Assembly: GCA_051530055.1 (NCBI GenBank)
Contig: CM121341.1
Coordinates: forward strand, 12,874,784-12,938,783
Reading direction: 5' to 3'
Source of the DNA: Neoechinorhynchus agilis
Taxonomy: Eukaryota; Animalia; Acanthocephala
DNA length: 64,000 nt
Both the position numbers and the translations under genes were made by a program. The notes below the pieces were generated by a model. It made no database searches. It saw only the letters and a list, made by a program, of their open reading frames with translations, and was not told the origin of the DNA. Every line of letters starts with the position of its first letter. Position 1 is the first letter of the stretch. Shown piece after piece: positions 11,916-24,010 of this stretch.

Positions 11916-12029
11916 TTGTAGCTTTTTTCCAAGTCTCGATGCATCCTCATTCGGCGAAATATTTCTAAATTCAATATCACCAAGAAAAGATTTTCTCTGT
12001 TCAATTGTTCTCTTATTTTGCATCAGTCA

Positions 12030-14100
12030 TTTAATCGAGTAAAATTGTTCTTTAAAAATATTCACCACCGACGGACACCGATGTCTGCACCACAGATCGC
12101 TCGGAACCTGGATGCTAGACCACAATATGAAGACGGAAACTTGCCCGCCCAAAACGAACCAAGTGAAGATAACAACGTCAATGTGATTGTTTCAACTTCG
12201 TCAGCCAAGGGTACCACACGACCGAGCTTCTCAATAGGATTCTGTGATGTTTGTGATAATATTTTCTCCCTGACGAAAGCAGGAGTTCTTAGGGTCCATG
12301 GACCCCGTAATTCACGCTGCGGCGGTTCCGGTTCACCCCCTAAGTCCATTGATGGCTTGCGCCAGAATCCTATCACCAGTGCAAAATGAAATTCCATTTG
12401 TAGGAATATTGCGCGAGTTCTGCTAAGGAACGTTCTGAAAAGAATTCCAAGGGGCTCGCGATATCAAGCCGCAAAAATTCTCATCTTTATTGACAGACTG
12501 CATCGAGACTAAGTCAGAGTTGTCTTGGATGCGTCTCCCACTCTGGTGTTGTTTCTGAGGGATCTCTGACCACAAAAATAATAGAGCGAATACGTTCTTT
12601 TGACGAAAATTTTACTCAATGCCCTTCGAAAGCATTCGAGTTACGTAAGGATTGTGCCCAGCTTTAACGCCTGGTACCTGGACGATGCCACGCTCGGAGG
12701 TAACCTCTGTTGCACCGCGCGATTTAGAGACACTCGTGAAGGAGACGACGAAAATTTTTAATTGAATCGAATGCTGCGAAATGCGAGATTTTAGTGATAA
12801 AAGTGGAAGATGACGCGTCCAGGCAAACTATCGTGAAAGATTTTCAGAACCTGGCCCCCTGGATAGAATTGATCACTCAAGACCAGTTGAGTCTTCTAGG
12901 AAGTTGCATTTTTGGTTCTAATGTTGAAGCAGAGATTGCTAATCTTCAAACGCAACTTTCGGTGCTGTGCGAACGAGTATCAAGAAAACCCTCTTCATTC
13001 CATAATTGCTATCCTTTTTTAGACATAACTATAAGCTGGCAAAATTAAACGAGACGTGAAAGCCTCTCGAGAAAATTTTAAATACTCAACTGAAGGACGA
13101 GTGTTGGCATCAAGCGTCCTTGCTTGTTTCGTCCGGCGGTTTGGGCATCCGCAAAGCAGCTGATATTTCTATGCCAGCTTATTTGGGATCGCATGAAACA
13201 AGCCGTAAAGTAGTTAAATCCGTTCTTGGCGAGAATTCCACTTTGGATGAAGATTTCGTGGAGGCGCTTAATCTTTGGTGTGGAAATTCAGGCAGCGAGC
13301 AAGTATCCGTCAATGGTTGCAGACAATCAGTTTGGGACTTAGCCTTGGTAGCGATAATTCATAACTCTTTAATTTCAGATTCTTGTGACCAAGTGAACCG
13401 AACTCCATTGGCAGCAACCTCTACAAGAGAATCGAGTGTATGTCTCAACGCTATCCCAGTCGCTTCTGTGGTTACCCGTCTCTCAGGCGAGACAGTAAAG
13501 ATTGCAGTGTTCCCGAGACTTGGGGTACCGATGTGTACATCCCATCGCTGCCGTTGTGGAGCGACCGTGGAACCATCGGGACGCTATGGTCTCGTTTGTC
13601 AGTAATTTGGCGGGAGGTACTCACGGCTCGCCGAAGTAACCGCAATTCTTAGCCGTGCCCTGAATACTGTGAATGCGCCCAACATCTTAGAGCCGAGCAA
13701 TCTTTGCCGACACGATGGCCGCCGTATACCGGACGGTGTCACAGTATTCCCGTAGCGAAAAGGCAAATGACTTCTAATGGGACACCACGTCCTTAGACAC
13801 GCTTGCAGGCAACAGCAACATAAAATTTGCAACTATTAAACCAGGGAGAGCAGCTTTCGCCACTGATGAACGCAAGAAGATCAAATACAGGGACTTGAGT
13901 CGAAATCATTATATCGTTCCCTTTGGCGTCGAAACGCGCAGGTCGTTTTGGCGCAGGACCTGGTCAAGCAATTATCTAAGAGATTGAGACTAATCACTGG
14001 CCATCCGAGATCAGGAGAATTCCTCCTACAAAGCATAAGCCTTGCTGTTGCCACACTATTACACCAGGACGGCAGTTGAGTGATCCAGAGCGGTGGTGTT
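12030..14100 (+). mobile_element. Internally deleted CRE-clade retrotransposon
   Basis: N-terminal CDVC..GVLRVHGPRNSRCGGSG finger, LKRIPRG, AWYLDDATL, SSGGLGIR, CRCG, PDGVTVF and HYIVPFGVET; 3' end gagtgatccagagcggtggtg shared with the 33600-34560 copy. Confidence 0.85.
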
Positions 14101-15100
14101 AATGATTTCATGTCGGAAAGAAAAATTTATTTTCATGTCTTTTATGTGGCGGTGAAAAAATTAAAAGAATTTATTGATTCCAATCGTGCGTTTGCAGACA
14201 CAATCTTATAAACGCCTTTTGATCAAGGTTATTCGGAACGTACAAAATTGTACCTCAAAAAAACACCCAAAGGATTTTCTTTATTCATTATTTTGGGTTA
14301 CTCGGAATTTTTGCACATTTCCGACGCTTCGGAAGAATAATTTTTCTGTAGTTATTTAAACTTGACAAAGTAGTGTTTTAGTTGAAAAGATTGTATTTTG
14401 CGCTCGAGATAACGGAAAATCGTATCGTAGTCTGGGTAATGGAGGTGACGGTCGTTGTCGTCGTTTGAAACGTCTACACACATTTACAGAATGGATCCGT
14501 TTGATGAAGATAGTTTTGGATTAGACGCTGATTGGTCGTTGATTGGAAAATACTTTCAATTAATTGAGCAGTATCAGGTTTGATTGGGATCTATTGGGTT
14601 CTTTAGTCCATCGTGGTTCATAGGTATTGGATCTTAGCTGGAAAGATAAAAACGGAGATTGAATTCCTGAATGAATTGCGATTTCGTGTCTGACATTTAT
14701 GCGAACTTGTAATTCAAAACTTTAAACATGTTGTGGCTGTAGTTTGATTGGTTGTTTAAATGAAAAAAAATCGACGCCATTTATTTGAACCTGCACTTGG
14801 AAAAACGATGCAATGTTTTCTATGATATTAATGTGTTGTTCAAAACTTTTAATGAAGACATCATTTTATGCTTCTATGCTTCATTTGTAAAGCTCTAATT
14901 TTACGGACGGTGGTGATTGCACGTTTTGTACTTTATTATGTTATGATTAAAAAAGGAATGATGATTCTTAAAAAACTTATCTTCTATATTAATCATTACT
15001 TTAAGCGATGATATTTGTAAACCTAATCAAAAAGCTGATCAACTCTCGTGTTGTCAATTCCTTGTTGCGCTCCTAAAACCCAATCACTTAAATAAACACA

Positions 15101-15553
15101 TCATTTTAAAAGTACAATGTCAGTTTTTATATATTTTTTGGCTGCATAAACAGCTATTTCGATGGTTTGCATTACGGTCATTGCAATGAGCAGCATTGTC
15201 ACACTGACAGCTTCATTGATTCGTTCACTTTTAAATTTAAAATCGTATGATAAGTACGCGACTGTTATAGCTGCGGCCATAAGAACATTTTCACAAGCAA
15301 AGGCGACAAACATGATAATAAGTGACCATTTGGGTGCTTGGGGCTTTTTAACTCCATAGGCAGTGAGTGATAAGATCGTCGTTATAAGATAGACTAAAGA
15401 AATCGCTGATATCGTTCTTGTGTATGGTCCAAGGTAAATGTGAGCGGTTAAGAGTGCTTGAATTATCGCCCCGTTTGTTCGTAAAAACGCAGAAATTATC
15501 AATGTCCATTTAAGAACTCCATTCCGGGTTGGTGTAGAGAAGTTTATTTCCAT
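15101..15553 (-). CDS. Small four-transmembrane protein of unknown family (150 aa)
   Basis: ATG-initiated intact ORF with four hydrophobic segments. Confidence 0.6.
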   Translation of the reverse strand: MEINFSTPTRNGVLKWTLIISAFLRTNGAIIQALLTAHIYLGPYTRTISAISLVYLITTILSLTAYGVKKPQAPKWSLIIMFVAFACENVLMAAAITVAYLSYDFKFKSERINEAVSVTMLLIAMTVMQTIEIAVYAAKKYIKTDIVLLK

Positions 15554-15703
15554 TACAAAGCGACGAGCAACTAAAGAGAGTCGACACGGACTTAAGACAC
15601 CTTAAGCTTATTTACTGGTCCGTGCTACATTTTACTAGAGGACCGTATGCCTAAATGGGTTGCAACTTTTGCATACGAGGATTGCCTAGAGAATAATCAG
15701 GTT

Positions 15704-15800
15704 AGCTTTGGCCATCTTACGGCTTTTTTCAGGAATCTACAAAGGCACGTGAAGATGTCAAGTGTGTGTGTGCGTTAAAGTAGCAACATTGAAGTGTGGA
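15704..15800 (+). repeat. Dispersed ~97-bp repeat, second copy 62141-62240
   Basis: agctttggccatc(t/g)tacggcttttttcaggaatctacaaa(g/c)gcacgtgaagatgtcaagtg..gtgtggaaag occurs at both sites. Confidence 0.85.
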
Positions 15801-17217
15801 AAGCTCGTCCCGTTTGTTGAGCAGTTCACTAAAATCGTATAGCTGATGACCAGAAGTCTCCCTCGCATTGTCCGTGGGAAAACCATCCTTTCCCACTGGG
15901 TCCTTATGAGCTTAAAGTACATTCGTCCTATTTCAACATGCCTTCTAGTTTCACAATTATTACATCAGCTACTCGTGAAATCATTGATGTAGAACAAGGG
16001 AAAAAGACCACGATACAGAGTAGAGAGCGGAACGATTATGAGAAGCTATGCCGCGGTTTGATTTCGAGAAGCGAGTGATCACAATTCTTAGAGCTTAGGA
16101 CTGCAAGGAGAGACGTTTGCTTCATGTGCTGGAGGGTGTGGAAGTTCTTACTAATCTTTACAAGGATCCGAAACTTAATTCGAACCTAATTCGAGCTGAA
16201 CAAGATGTAATTGTACAAGTGAAAAGCTGATTAAGGGACATGTCGATTCATGCTTCATTGAGTGACAAAGGCGGTGACCTAAATTTGATCGATAAAGTGT
16301 AGAAGAAATCATGAGATGGAGGAATTAATGCGAGCGGAATCGAAGGACGATTGGGTAATTGAATCACACGAAGTTGAACAGCATCTTCGTGAATTGATAG
16401 TCGCAAGAGAATTGAAAGGAATGAGTGACTTCGTGCACGGATCGTTGCGGGTGTTCGTGGTATATCCAATGGTCAAAATACATAAGATACTGGTCGGTCC
16501 GGTAACATTGACAACATCGTCTTTGACTAAATGCAGCACAGATTATTTCGGCAGTCAATGGACCTGCGTACTGATTATCTCGATTTCTGGTGATGGCGAT
16601 TAGCCCACTGCTTCAGAAAGCGAGTTCTTATTTGCGGAATGTAGAAGACGCCAGACCATGTCTTTTGATTTTGTAGCGAACGTCGACAATGAGTGAGCGG
16701 TACGAGAACTCGATAAGCGGATGAACAAAATCGAAGAGAACTTAAAATGATGTGCTGTTCACCTACAGATAGCATTGTGAGGTAGATGCCATGGAGAGAA
16801 GGTTAAATTCTATGGAGCGAGACAAGCCACAGGGTTATCTGCCTTTCCTCAATTTGTATTTCGAATTTAATCAGGTCACGGATTTTAGTTGGTATCGCAA
16901 ACACCCGGATAAAACATTACTTCAAAAGAGTAAACCACGCCTCATCAATCTCACGTCTTAAATAACTTTAAAACAATGACTGATAATGAGAGGTTTTCTC
17001 GCGAAATATCTCCATCCTAATATTCAATGTTTTATCTGGGGTTTTATGATCACCACAACTTCAAATCTTTGTTAAGATATTTAATTTTAGCTTGAATGGC
17101 CGGAATGATAGATTGAGTGCAAATGAAGTGATTATTTTAAACAGATTTTTGGCCATTTTGTCAAGTTGTTACCAACTCAATATTGCCGTTTGGGAGATGT
17201 GGTGATCATAATTCCTG

Positions 17218-17955
17218 CAAAAACCTATTTTATTGAATTGAGATATTTTTCGAGAAAACCTCGCCTCGTCAATCTAACGCCTTCTCGCGAAATATCTCAA
17301 TAAAATATGTTTATCCTGGGTCTTATGATTACCACAACTGCAAAAACCTATTTTATTGAATTGAGATATTTTTCGAGAAAACCCAGCCTCATCAATCTCA
17401 CGCCTTCTCGCCGAAATACCTCAATAAAATATGTTTATCCTGGGTCTTATGATTACCACAACTGCAAAAACCTATTTTATTGAATTGAGATATTTTTCGA
17501 GAAAACCTCGCCTCGTCAATCTCACGCCTTCTCGCGAAATATCTCAATAAAATATGTTTATCCTGGGTCTTATGATTACCACAACTGCAAAAACCTATTT
17601 TATTGAATTGAGATATTTTTCGAGAAAACCCAGCCTCATCAATCTCACGCCTTCTCGCGAAATATCTCAATAAAATATGTTTATCCTGGGTCTTATGATT
17701 ACCACAACTGCAAAAACCTATTTTATTGAATTGAGATATTTTTCGAGAAAACCCAGCCTCATCAATCTCACGCCTTCTCGCGAAATATCTCAATAAAATA
17801 TGTTTATCCTGGGTCTTATGATTAACACAACTGCAAAAACCTATTTTATTGAATTGAGATATTTTTCGAGAAAACCTCGCCTCATCAATTTCACGTCCTT
17901 TCGCGAAATATCTCAATAAAATATGTTTATCCTGGTCTTACGATTACCACAACTT
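17218..17955. repeat. 123-bp tandem satellite, about 6 units, each containing a hairpin
   Basis: Unit starts caaaaacct at 17218, 17341, 17465, 17588, 17711 and 17834; each has ttgagatattt/aaatatctcaa and cgagaa/ttctcg arms. Degenerate units extend upstream to about 16900. Confidence 0.95.
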
Positions 17956-18244
17956 AATCCTCCCGAAACATTTTCTCTCAATGATTCAACGATTTCATCG
18001 GATAAAAGTTACTCCATTTTAAGCACAGACATAAATGTGATCACGCCAAATTAAATTTTGTCATATTCAGACTTAACGCTCTTCTCGTATCTAGAAGATA
18101 TTATCCTTATGTCATATATCATTGTCCCCGAGGTAAATTTGAACGAACGTGATTGTATTTGATAATAATATAATAGATCTTTAGGTGTCACTGTTGATGC
18201 TCACCGCTTAAAAATTTAGGGAAAGCTTTCCCGGCCTTGTTCTC

Positions 18245-18284
18245 AAATAAATAAATAATTAAATAAATAAATAAATAAATAAAT
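18245..18284 (+). repeat. (AAAT)n microsatellite
   Basis: aaataaataaataattaaataaataaataaataaataaat. Confidence 0.9.
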
Positions 18285-18529
18285 GAGTAACGACAACACC
18301 GGGGAAAGGATTCGCCAACGCACAATATTATCTTTATTTTGCATTTGAAGGAAACGCGCGAACGCAATATCTCTACTCAAAATATTTATTTCCGAGTTTC
18401 ATCGATTTTAAGAAATCACAGACCCGTTAGACCCAAGTTTTACCGAGACTTACACTTTCGATCCATCAACTAAGTGTGCATTTTCATTAATCTAGGATGT
18501 AAATTAATATAATATACTGGGATTTAATC

Positions 18530-21500
18530 AACTTTGTTAGCCGGCTCCATGTTCAAATGTTTTATTATAACGTCCACGCGGTTATTGCCTTATTTGAAAC
18601 TACTCAATTTAACCTTCAGGCTATTCTGCCACCACCGCCGTCAGCTCCGGCCGAAATCGATCAGACGACCAACCCCACATCAATCACCAGCACCGCTTCC
18701 TCTACGCAAGGCGACGAAGTACCCACCACCCCGAAGTCACCGCCCAAAGCCAAGCAATCAGACGATGGATATTGCGACGGATCAGATTCATCTCCCAGCC
18801 CTATACCTCCAAGAAGGCTCAGGACGATCTCAGCATCGGATAGGTTTTGTCGAAATTCCAAATTACATCACAATGTGTTCAAATCGCCTACAATCGACGC
18901 TGGTGACGCAGATAATTTGAACGCGCCACTCATCGATCATGGTCAACCTGAGAAGACCAACGCTGCCGGGCTCCCACACGTCTCTACTGGATTGTGTCTG
19001 GTTTGCCGTAAGTCTTTTAAATTAACCAATCTGGGGGTTTTGTTTGTCCATGGTCCCCGGGATCTCCGCTGTAGTGGGTCTGGTTCTCCGCCACAATAAA
19101 CCGAACCTTTTGTGCCTGAGATCCCCCAGATCGCCACTGATTCTATTTCGATACCTGATATCGTGCGGTTTCTGCCCAGGAACGTCCTGAAACGGATCCC
19201 TAAAGGCGCGCGATATCTGGTCGCCAAAGCATTTACGGGATTGGTTAACGATTGCCTGCAAACGAACTGTGCGCCATCATGGACACGGCTCTTCGCTTTC
19301 CGGCGCTTAGTCCTCTGCACCAGCGGTAATTCTGGGGTGTCTTTGACATCAACAATCAAGGAAAGGTTAGCCTCTTTTGAACAAATATTTAACGATTTTG
19401 AAAGGAATCTCCGCGAGGTTCGTAAGGGACGCACGAAGGAAGAGTTTCGCTGCCGTTTTTCAAAACGATCACTGACTGAGCGTGTCTCTTCGAAGCTTGC
19501 GGACGGGTATGTTCGGGGGGCTGTTCGGTTATTGTCATCCACCGACAGTTTCGCAAAAGGAGACAGCGAGACGCTACAAATACTCCGGTTGAAGCACCCA
19601 TGTAGTAGCGGAAGTTTTGAAATTCCATCTCCTCCCATACAAGACAGGACGCCCACTCAAATTTCAGAGATAAAAAAGGCCATCTCAACTTTTGCAAATG
19701 GTTCGGGTCACGGGCTTGACGGACTAAGGCCCCAGCACCTGAAGGACATGATGTCCTTTTCAACTGGTGAAGCAGCTCTCTCTAGGAAGTGCGTTTTCTC
19801 GAATAGTCGACCATCTGAATGGAGAGGACCTGAACCCCGTTGCAAGGGACCTATTTTTCGGAGCCTCATTGTGTGCCCTCACAAAAAAAGAAGGTGGGAT
19901 CCGTCCCATCGCCGTATCTTCGACAATACGCCGACTCGCAGGAAAAATTCTCTGCAAACGTATTACAGAGAAAACCGGACAGCAACTTCGTCCAGTCCAA
20001 CTGGGCTGCTGCACATCCTGCGGGGCGGAAGCTATTGTCCACTCGCGCCGAAACTTTGCTACGAGAAGCTCAGAGCCGTGCGTGATTCTTAAGTGCGATT
20101 TTCGGAACGCATTTAACTCTCTCAATAGAGAAACCATGCTCTGCGCAATTAGGGATCACGCACCAGAAGCCTTCCAGTATTTTCTCAATGCCTACGGGAC
20201 GGCGACTCCTTTGCTTTTCGAAGACCACCTCATTTGGTCCGAAATAGGAGTGCAGCAAGGAGATCCCCTAGGTCCAATCGCATTCTCCCTAACAGTAAAT
20301 CCAATAGCGCATTCTCTCCATTCCAGCTTCAACGCTTGGTACTTGGATGACGCTACGCTCGGAGGTGATCCCTCCGTTGTACTGCGCGATTTGGAGACGC
20401 TGATTAGGGAGACCTCGAAGATGGACATTGAGCTCAATGCTGGAAAATGTGAGCTCCTTGTATTGAATATTGGACTCGCCGCCAAAGTCAAAGAACTAAT
20501 GGCTGGGTTCGAGGCCGTAGCTCCAGGTCTGAAACTCGTGACTCGGGAGCAACTCAGCCTTCTGGGCAGTTGCGTCTTCGATTCAAATGTGGAAGATGAG
20601 ATCGGCCATATCATACCGAAACTTTCGTTGCTGTGCGATAGGGTGAGCGCTCTCTCGGCTCATGAAGCCTTGTTTCTCATAAAGAACGCGCTCTTCATCC
20701 CCAAATTATTGTGCAAGGTTCGCACAGCAACATTTTTCAAACATAAGGAAGGATTGGCTAAGCTCGACGGCAAGGTGAGGGCTTGTCTCGAGCGTTGAGG
20801 CGTGGCGACAAGCTTCTTTGCCTGTGTCATCTGGGGGATTGGGAATTCGGGCACTAGTGGACCTTGCTTTGCCGGCCTTTCTTGGATCGTTTGAGGGGAG
20901 CCTACCAGTCTCGAAGAACATTTTGAAGGAAAAGTTCTGTCTTGACCGGGATTTCGTGGTGGCGGTTGAGGAATGGTGCCAGCAGACAGGCGCTAACCAT
21001 GTTCCCGTGAATGGCCTCAGACAGTCGATCTGGGACGGACCTCTTGTCGCGAGAGCTCACAGCTCTCTACTTTCAGGTTCTCGCGATGGGGTCGTCCGAG
21101 CTAGACTGTTGGCAGTTTCAACACGAGAATTTGGGGCGTGGTTGAAGGCTGTTCCTCTGGCATCAGTGGGAACTCTTCTTACTGATGAGGTAGCGAGGAT
21201 CACAGTATCCTTAAGACTTGGTCTCCCGATATGCACGACCCATCGCTGTCGATGTGGGTCTTTGGTTGATGCTTTCGGGCGACACGGTCTCGTCTGCAGA
21301 AGGTCAGGAGGAAGGTTCTCACGCCATTCTGAAATCAATAACGCAATTTCTCGGGCGTTGAGAACGGCGAACTTCCCGAACATCCTGGAACCCACCCACC
21401 TTTGTCGACTAGACGGCCGTAGGCCCGATGGAATTTCGGTCTTGCCGTGGCGGGAGGGCAAATGCCTTCTTTGGGACGCCACGTTTGTGGACACCCTTGC

Positions 21501-21820
21501 AGCCAGCAACATCCCCTACTCCCTCGAAATCGCCGGTGGTGCCGCCATTGTAGCGGAATGGAGGAAAATACAGAAATATATTCAGTTATCGAGGGCTCAC
21601 TATTTTGTCCCCTTTGGGGTAGAGACGTATGGAGCGCTCGGAACTCTCTCTCTCTCTGCTCCAGGATCTCTCGAAGAAATTGAGAGAGGCAACCGGAGAC
21701 TCAAGAGCAGGCGTATTCCTTCGACAAAATATCTCGCTAGCAGTACAACGGGGCAATGCTCCCAGCGTGATGGCGACGGTCGAGGAAGGACAAAAACTGG
21801 AATTCGGCGGGAGGTGGTGA
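18530..21820 (+). mobile_element. Near full-length CRE-clade retrotransposon with frameshifts and stops
   Basis: Zn finger CLVCRKSF..VHGPRDLRC; RT (GLDGLRPQHLKD, DFRNAFNS, GVQQGDPLGP, WYLDDATL); CRCG..RH knuckle; RLE PDG..WD..D..YFVPFGVET..QRGNA. Confidence 0.92.
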
Positions 21821-21974
21821 GTGTGTTAATTGTCGAGAGATGAAGATTGATTGAATACATGTTGTCTTGCAAAAAAATTCTTTAATGTCCTTATCAAATT
21901 TAAAAAAGAAAATATATGATAAAAAATTAAGATGTTCTGTTCGAAAAGAGAATATGATAATTTCAAAAAAGAGC

Positions 21975-22244
21975 CCTGGAGGTTCAGCGGTCGTAGCTGA
22001 GGTCCGAAAACGTACAAAATACAGAGAGCTTTTAAGGACCTATTATTTCGTCCCTTTCGCCGTGGAAACGTATGGAGCCTTCGGACCGTCAGCGCTCACT
22101 CTCCTCGACGAATTGGGACGGAGGACGAAAAAGATGACGGGGGAACCGCGCTCTAGAAATTTTCTCGCTCAACGAATCGCAATTGCGATACAGCGAGGGA
22201 ACGCTGCCAGTATACTGGCAACGTCAAGAAGTTTACAGGAATAA
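21975..22244 (+). mobile_element. Second CRE 3' end (RLE C-terminus) from a different subfamily, head-to-tail with the previous copy
   Basis: KRTKYRELLRTYYFVPFAVETYGAFG..AQRIAIAIQRGNAASILAT. Confidence 0.85.
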
Positions 22245-22466
22245 ATTGTAATCGTTGTAAATTAATAAATTGTGGATTCAAATAAAAACTGTATGCAAAA
22301 AAATTAGAAAAGTAAAATTTTCATTAGTTGAACAAACAAGTGCAATTTTATCTGAACTTAAAAAAGCGAACTATTTCGTGTAGACTTCTCTTCGTTCATT
22401 ATGTTCAAACGCGACGGTATTTTGTTCAAATAGCTCAATTGATGATATCAATAAAGGCTCACAAGT

Positions 22467-22844
22467 TTATTTCCTTAAGCGCTTGTTGGTAGACAGCTCC
22501 TGAATGAAGTTTTTGAAATCGCTCCTTGATTGAGCTCCGTAAATTACACGGGGCGTTAATTCGCCCTTTTCATTGATTCCACGAAAAGCGGATGCAGCAT
22601 CCGTAACTCCATATTTCTCCGCTGTTCTTTTCAACGCACCAGTATTCACTCGGACGATCATCACTGGTTTGTTCACTTCCTTCACGGACCTTGTAAACCA
22701 CCGAGCGTAAAAATCAACTATTGTTAATCCATCGAAGTCTTCGATGGCACTTTTAAAATGATCCACACTCTCAATATCTACAATTCTGAAATTCTGTTCG
22801 AGATCCTTCTCTTCGTCCTGTTTCTTGGTAAATTCGCCGTTCAT
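22467..22844 (-). CDS. Thioredoxin-fold protein lacking the CxxC motif (redox-inactive or decaying)
   Basis: IESVDHFKSAI..GLTIVDFYARW..VRVN..AEKYGV resembles thioredoxin, but CGPC and about 10 residues are absent. Confidence 0.55.
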   Translation of the reverse strand: MNGEFTKKQDEEKDLEQNFRIVDIESVDHFKSAIEDFDGLTIVDFYARWFTRSVKEVNKPVMIVRVNTGALKRTAEKYGVTDAASAFRGINEKGELTPRVIYGAQSRSDFKNFIQELSTNKRLRK

Positions 22845-23164
22845 ATCGATCACTTGCTTTGTTTAACATACTTTTGAACTTGCGACGAGTTGCCCAGCAA
22901 CAAGCCAACATTCATAAGTGATGGAAAATTAGATTTTTTATGCTAGTGTTTTTTACGTCTTAGTTCTTGAAAATGTCATGAATCTACAAATACAAATATG
23001 TTCTTGAAGATTCATCTCATAATTTTGCACGGAAAAATGAACTTGCGAAAAATTGATCGAATTGACAATTTTTTATTTATAAATTGAACCATAAAAAAGG
23101 GATTTCGAACATGAATTTAATTACTAAAAGCGATGATGCCAGTTCCGCGGCCACGTCATGGACA

Positions 23165-23290
23165 TTGACAACGCCACCATTTGGCACGCAATGAAACCAA
23201 ATGGGGCAGTATAATTTTGGAGGCCATATTCATTGGCCAAGTGGAAACAATGGACGGAGGAATAAGGCGGACTTTAGGCTCAATCACAAA
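23165..23290 (+). mobile_element. Probable Penelope GIY-YIG C-terminal remnant; related remnant at about 36000-36265 (-)
   Basis: ETKWGSIILEAIFI; shares ggaggccatatt..ccaagt(g/t)gaaacaat..ggaataag with the reverse complement of about 36050-36110. Confidence 0.4.
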
Positions 23291-23463
23291 ACAGTGAATA
23301 TTGATCCATTCCCCACGTGCGGATTTTAGACCTTGATAAAATATTGGATTTCAAAATAAAATCATTTTAATTTCTTCGCCATAAAACAACGAATAGTAGT
23401 TTGAAATCGGTTAAAGACAAGAAAATACCATGAACCGATCAATAATCTTCAATTTAATATTTT

Positions 23464-24010
23464 TTATTCTAGTGGATGCACTGGATTCTCTTTGATGAAA
23501 TCCAAAACGAATTCCTCCGAAATTTGAAAATAAAATCTGAGTAACCTTTTCCCTATATCCTCGATGGTCTTTGAAACACGCCTGTTACGAGTTCCAAATA
23601 CAGGCAATCGACCCGAATGGAACCGCTGAAGATTATTGCAACGAAAGAACTTCTGAGCAAAGTTCCTAAGAATCTCGGCAGGGTCTTCGCCAAAGAATTC
23701 ATAATCAGGAATTATTCTGTTGGATCGAGCTTATCAATGATAGTAATGAATTTTCTGTAGTTTCCCGATATCGTCCTGCATTTCAATATATCGACTGTTA
23801 AATACCGCGACTATATCTCCGACATCATTCAATGAGACAAACGTTTAGAGGCTGAGAATATTGAGCTTATTTTGAGGATCATAATAAGGTTTGTGCTTTC
23901 CTTGAATTATATACGCAATGCGTTTTCAAGACTCGAATATATCTTTCATTTTAGGATCGAAAAGATAGGACTGAATTGTTAATAAGACGCATTGTTTGCA
24001 TATGAAGATG
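23464..24010 (-). pseudogene. MRPL13: Mitochondrial ribosomal protein L13 relic, not in the ORF track
   Basis: One frame reads YLFDPKMKDIFES*KRIAYIIQGKHKPYYDPQ[42-nt insert]NDVGDIVAVFNSRYI..HYYH**..DPAEILR..NNLQRF..RLPVF. This is colinear with uL13m motifs QGxHKPxY..NDCGDHVVxxNxR and DP..NLQRR..RLHLF. In-frame stops, no clear start. Confidence 0.7.

Noticed and set aside
14340-14600. Start-less 79-codon minus-strand frame (IPIKPDTAQL..FVKFK)
   Set aside because: No start codon, homology or convincing splice partner.
17218-17955. CRISPR array or 172-aa repeat protein
   Set aside because: Units are near-identical over their whole length with no unique spacers, the context is eukaryotic, and the ORF is a by-product of a 123-bp period.
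23464-24010. Stop-codon reassignment (TGA/TAA as sense)
   Set aside because: TGA and TAA terminate intact genes in this window at expected positions (CCDC124, calmodulin-like, DRG2, COX15); pseudogenisation is simpler.
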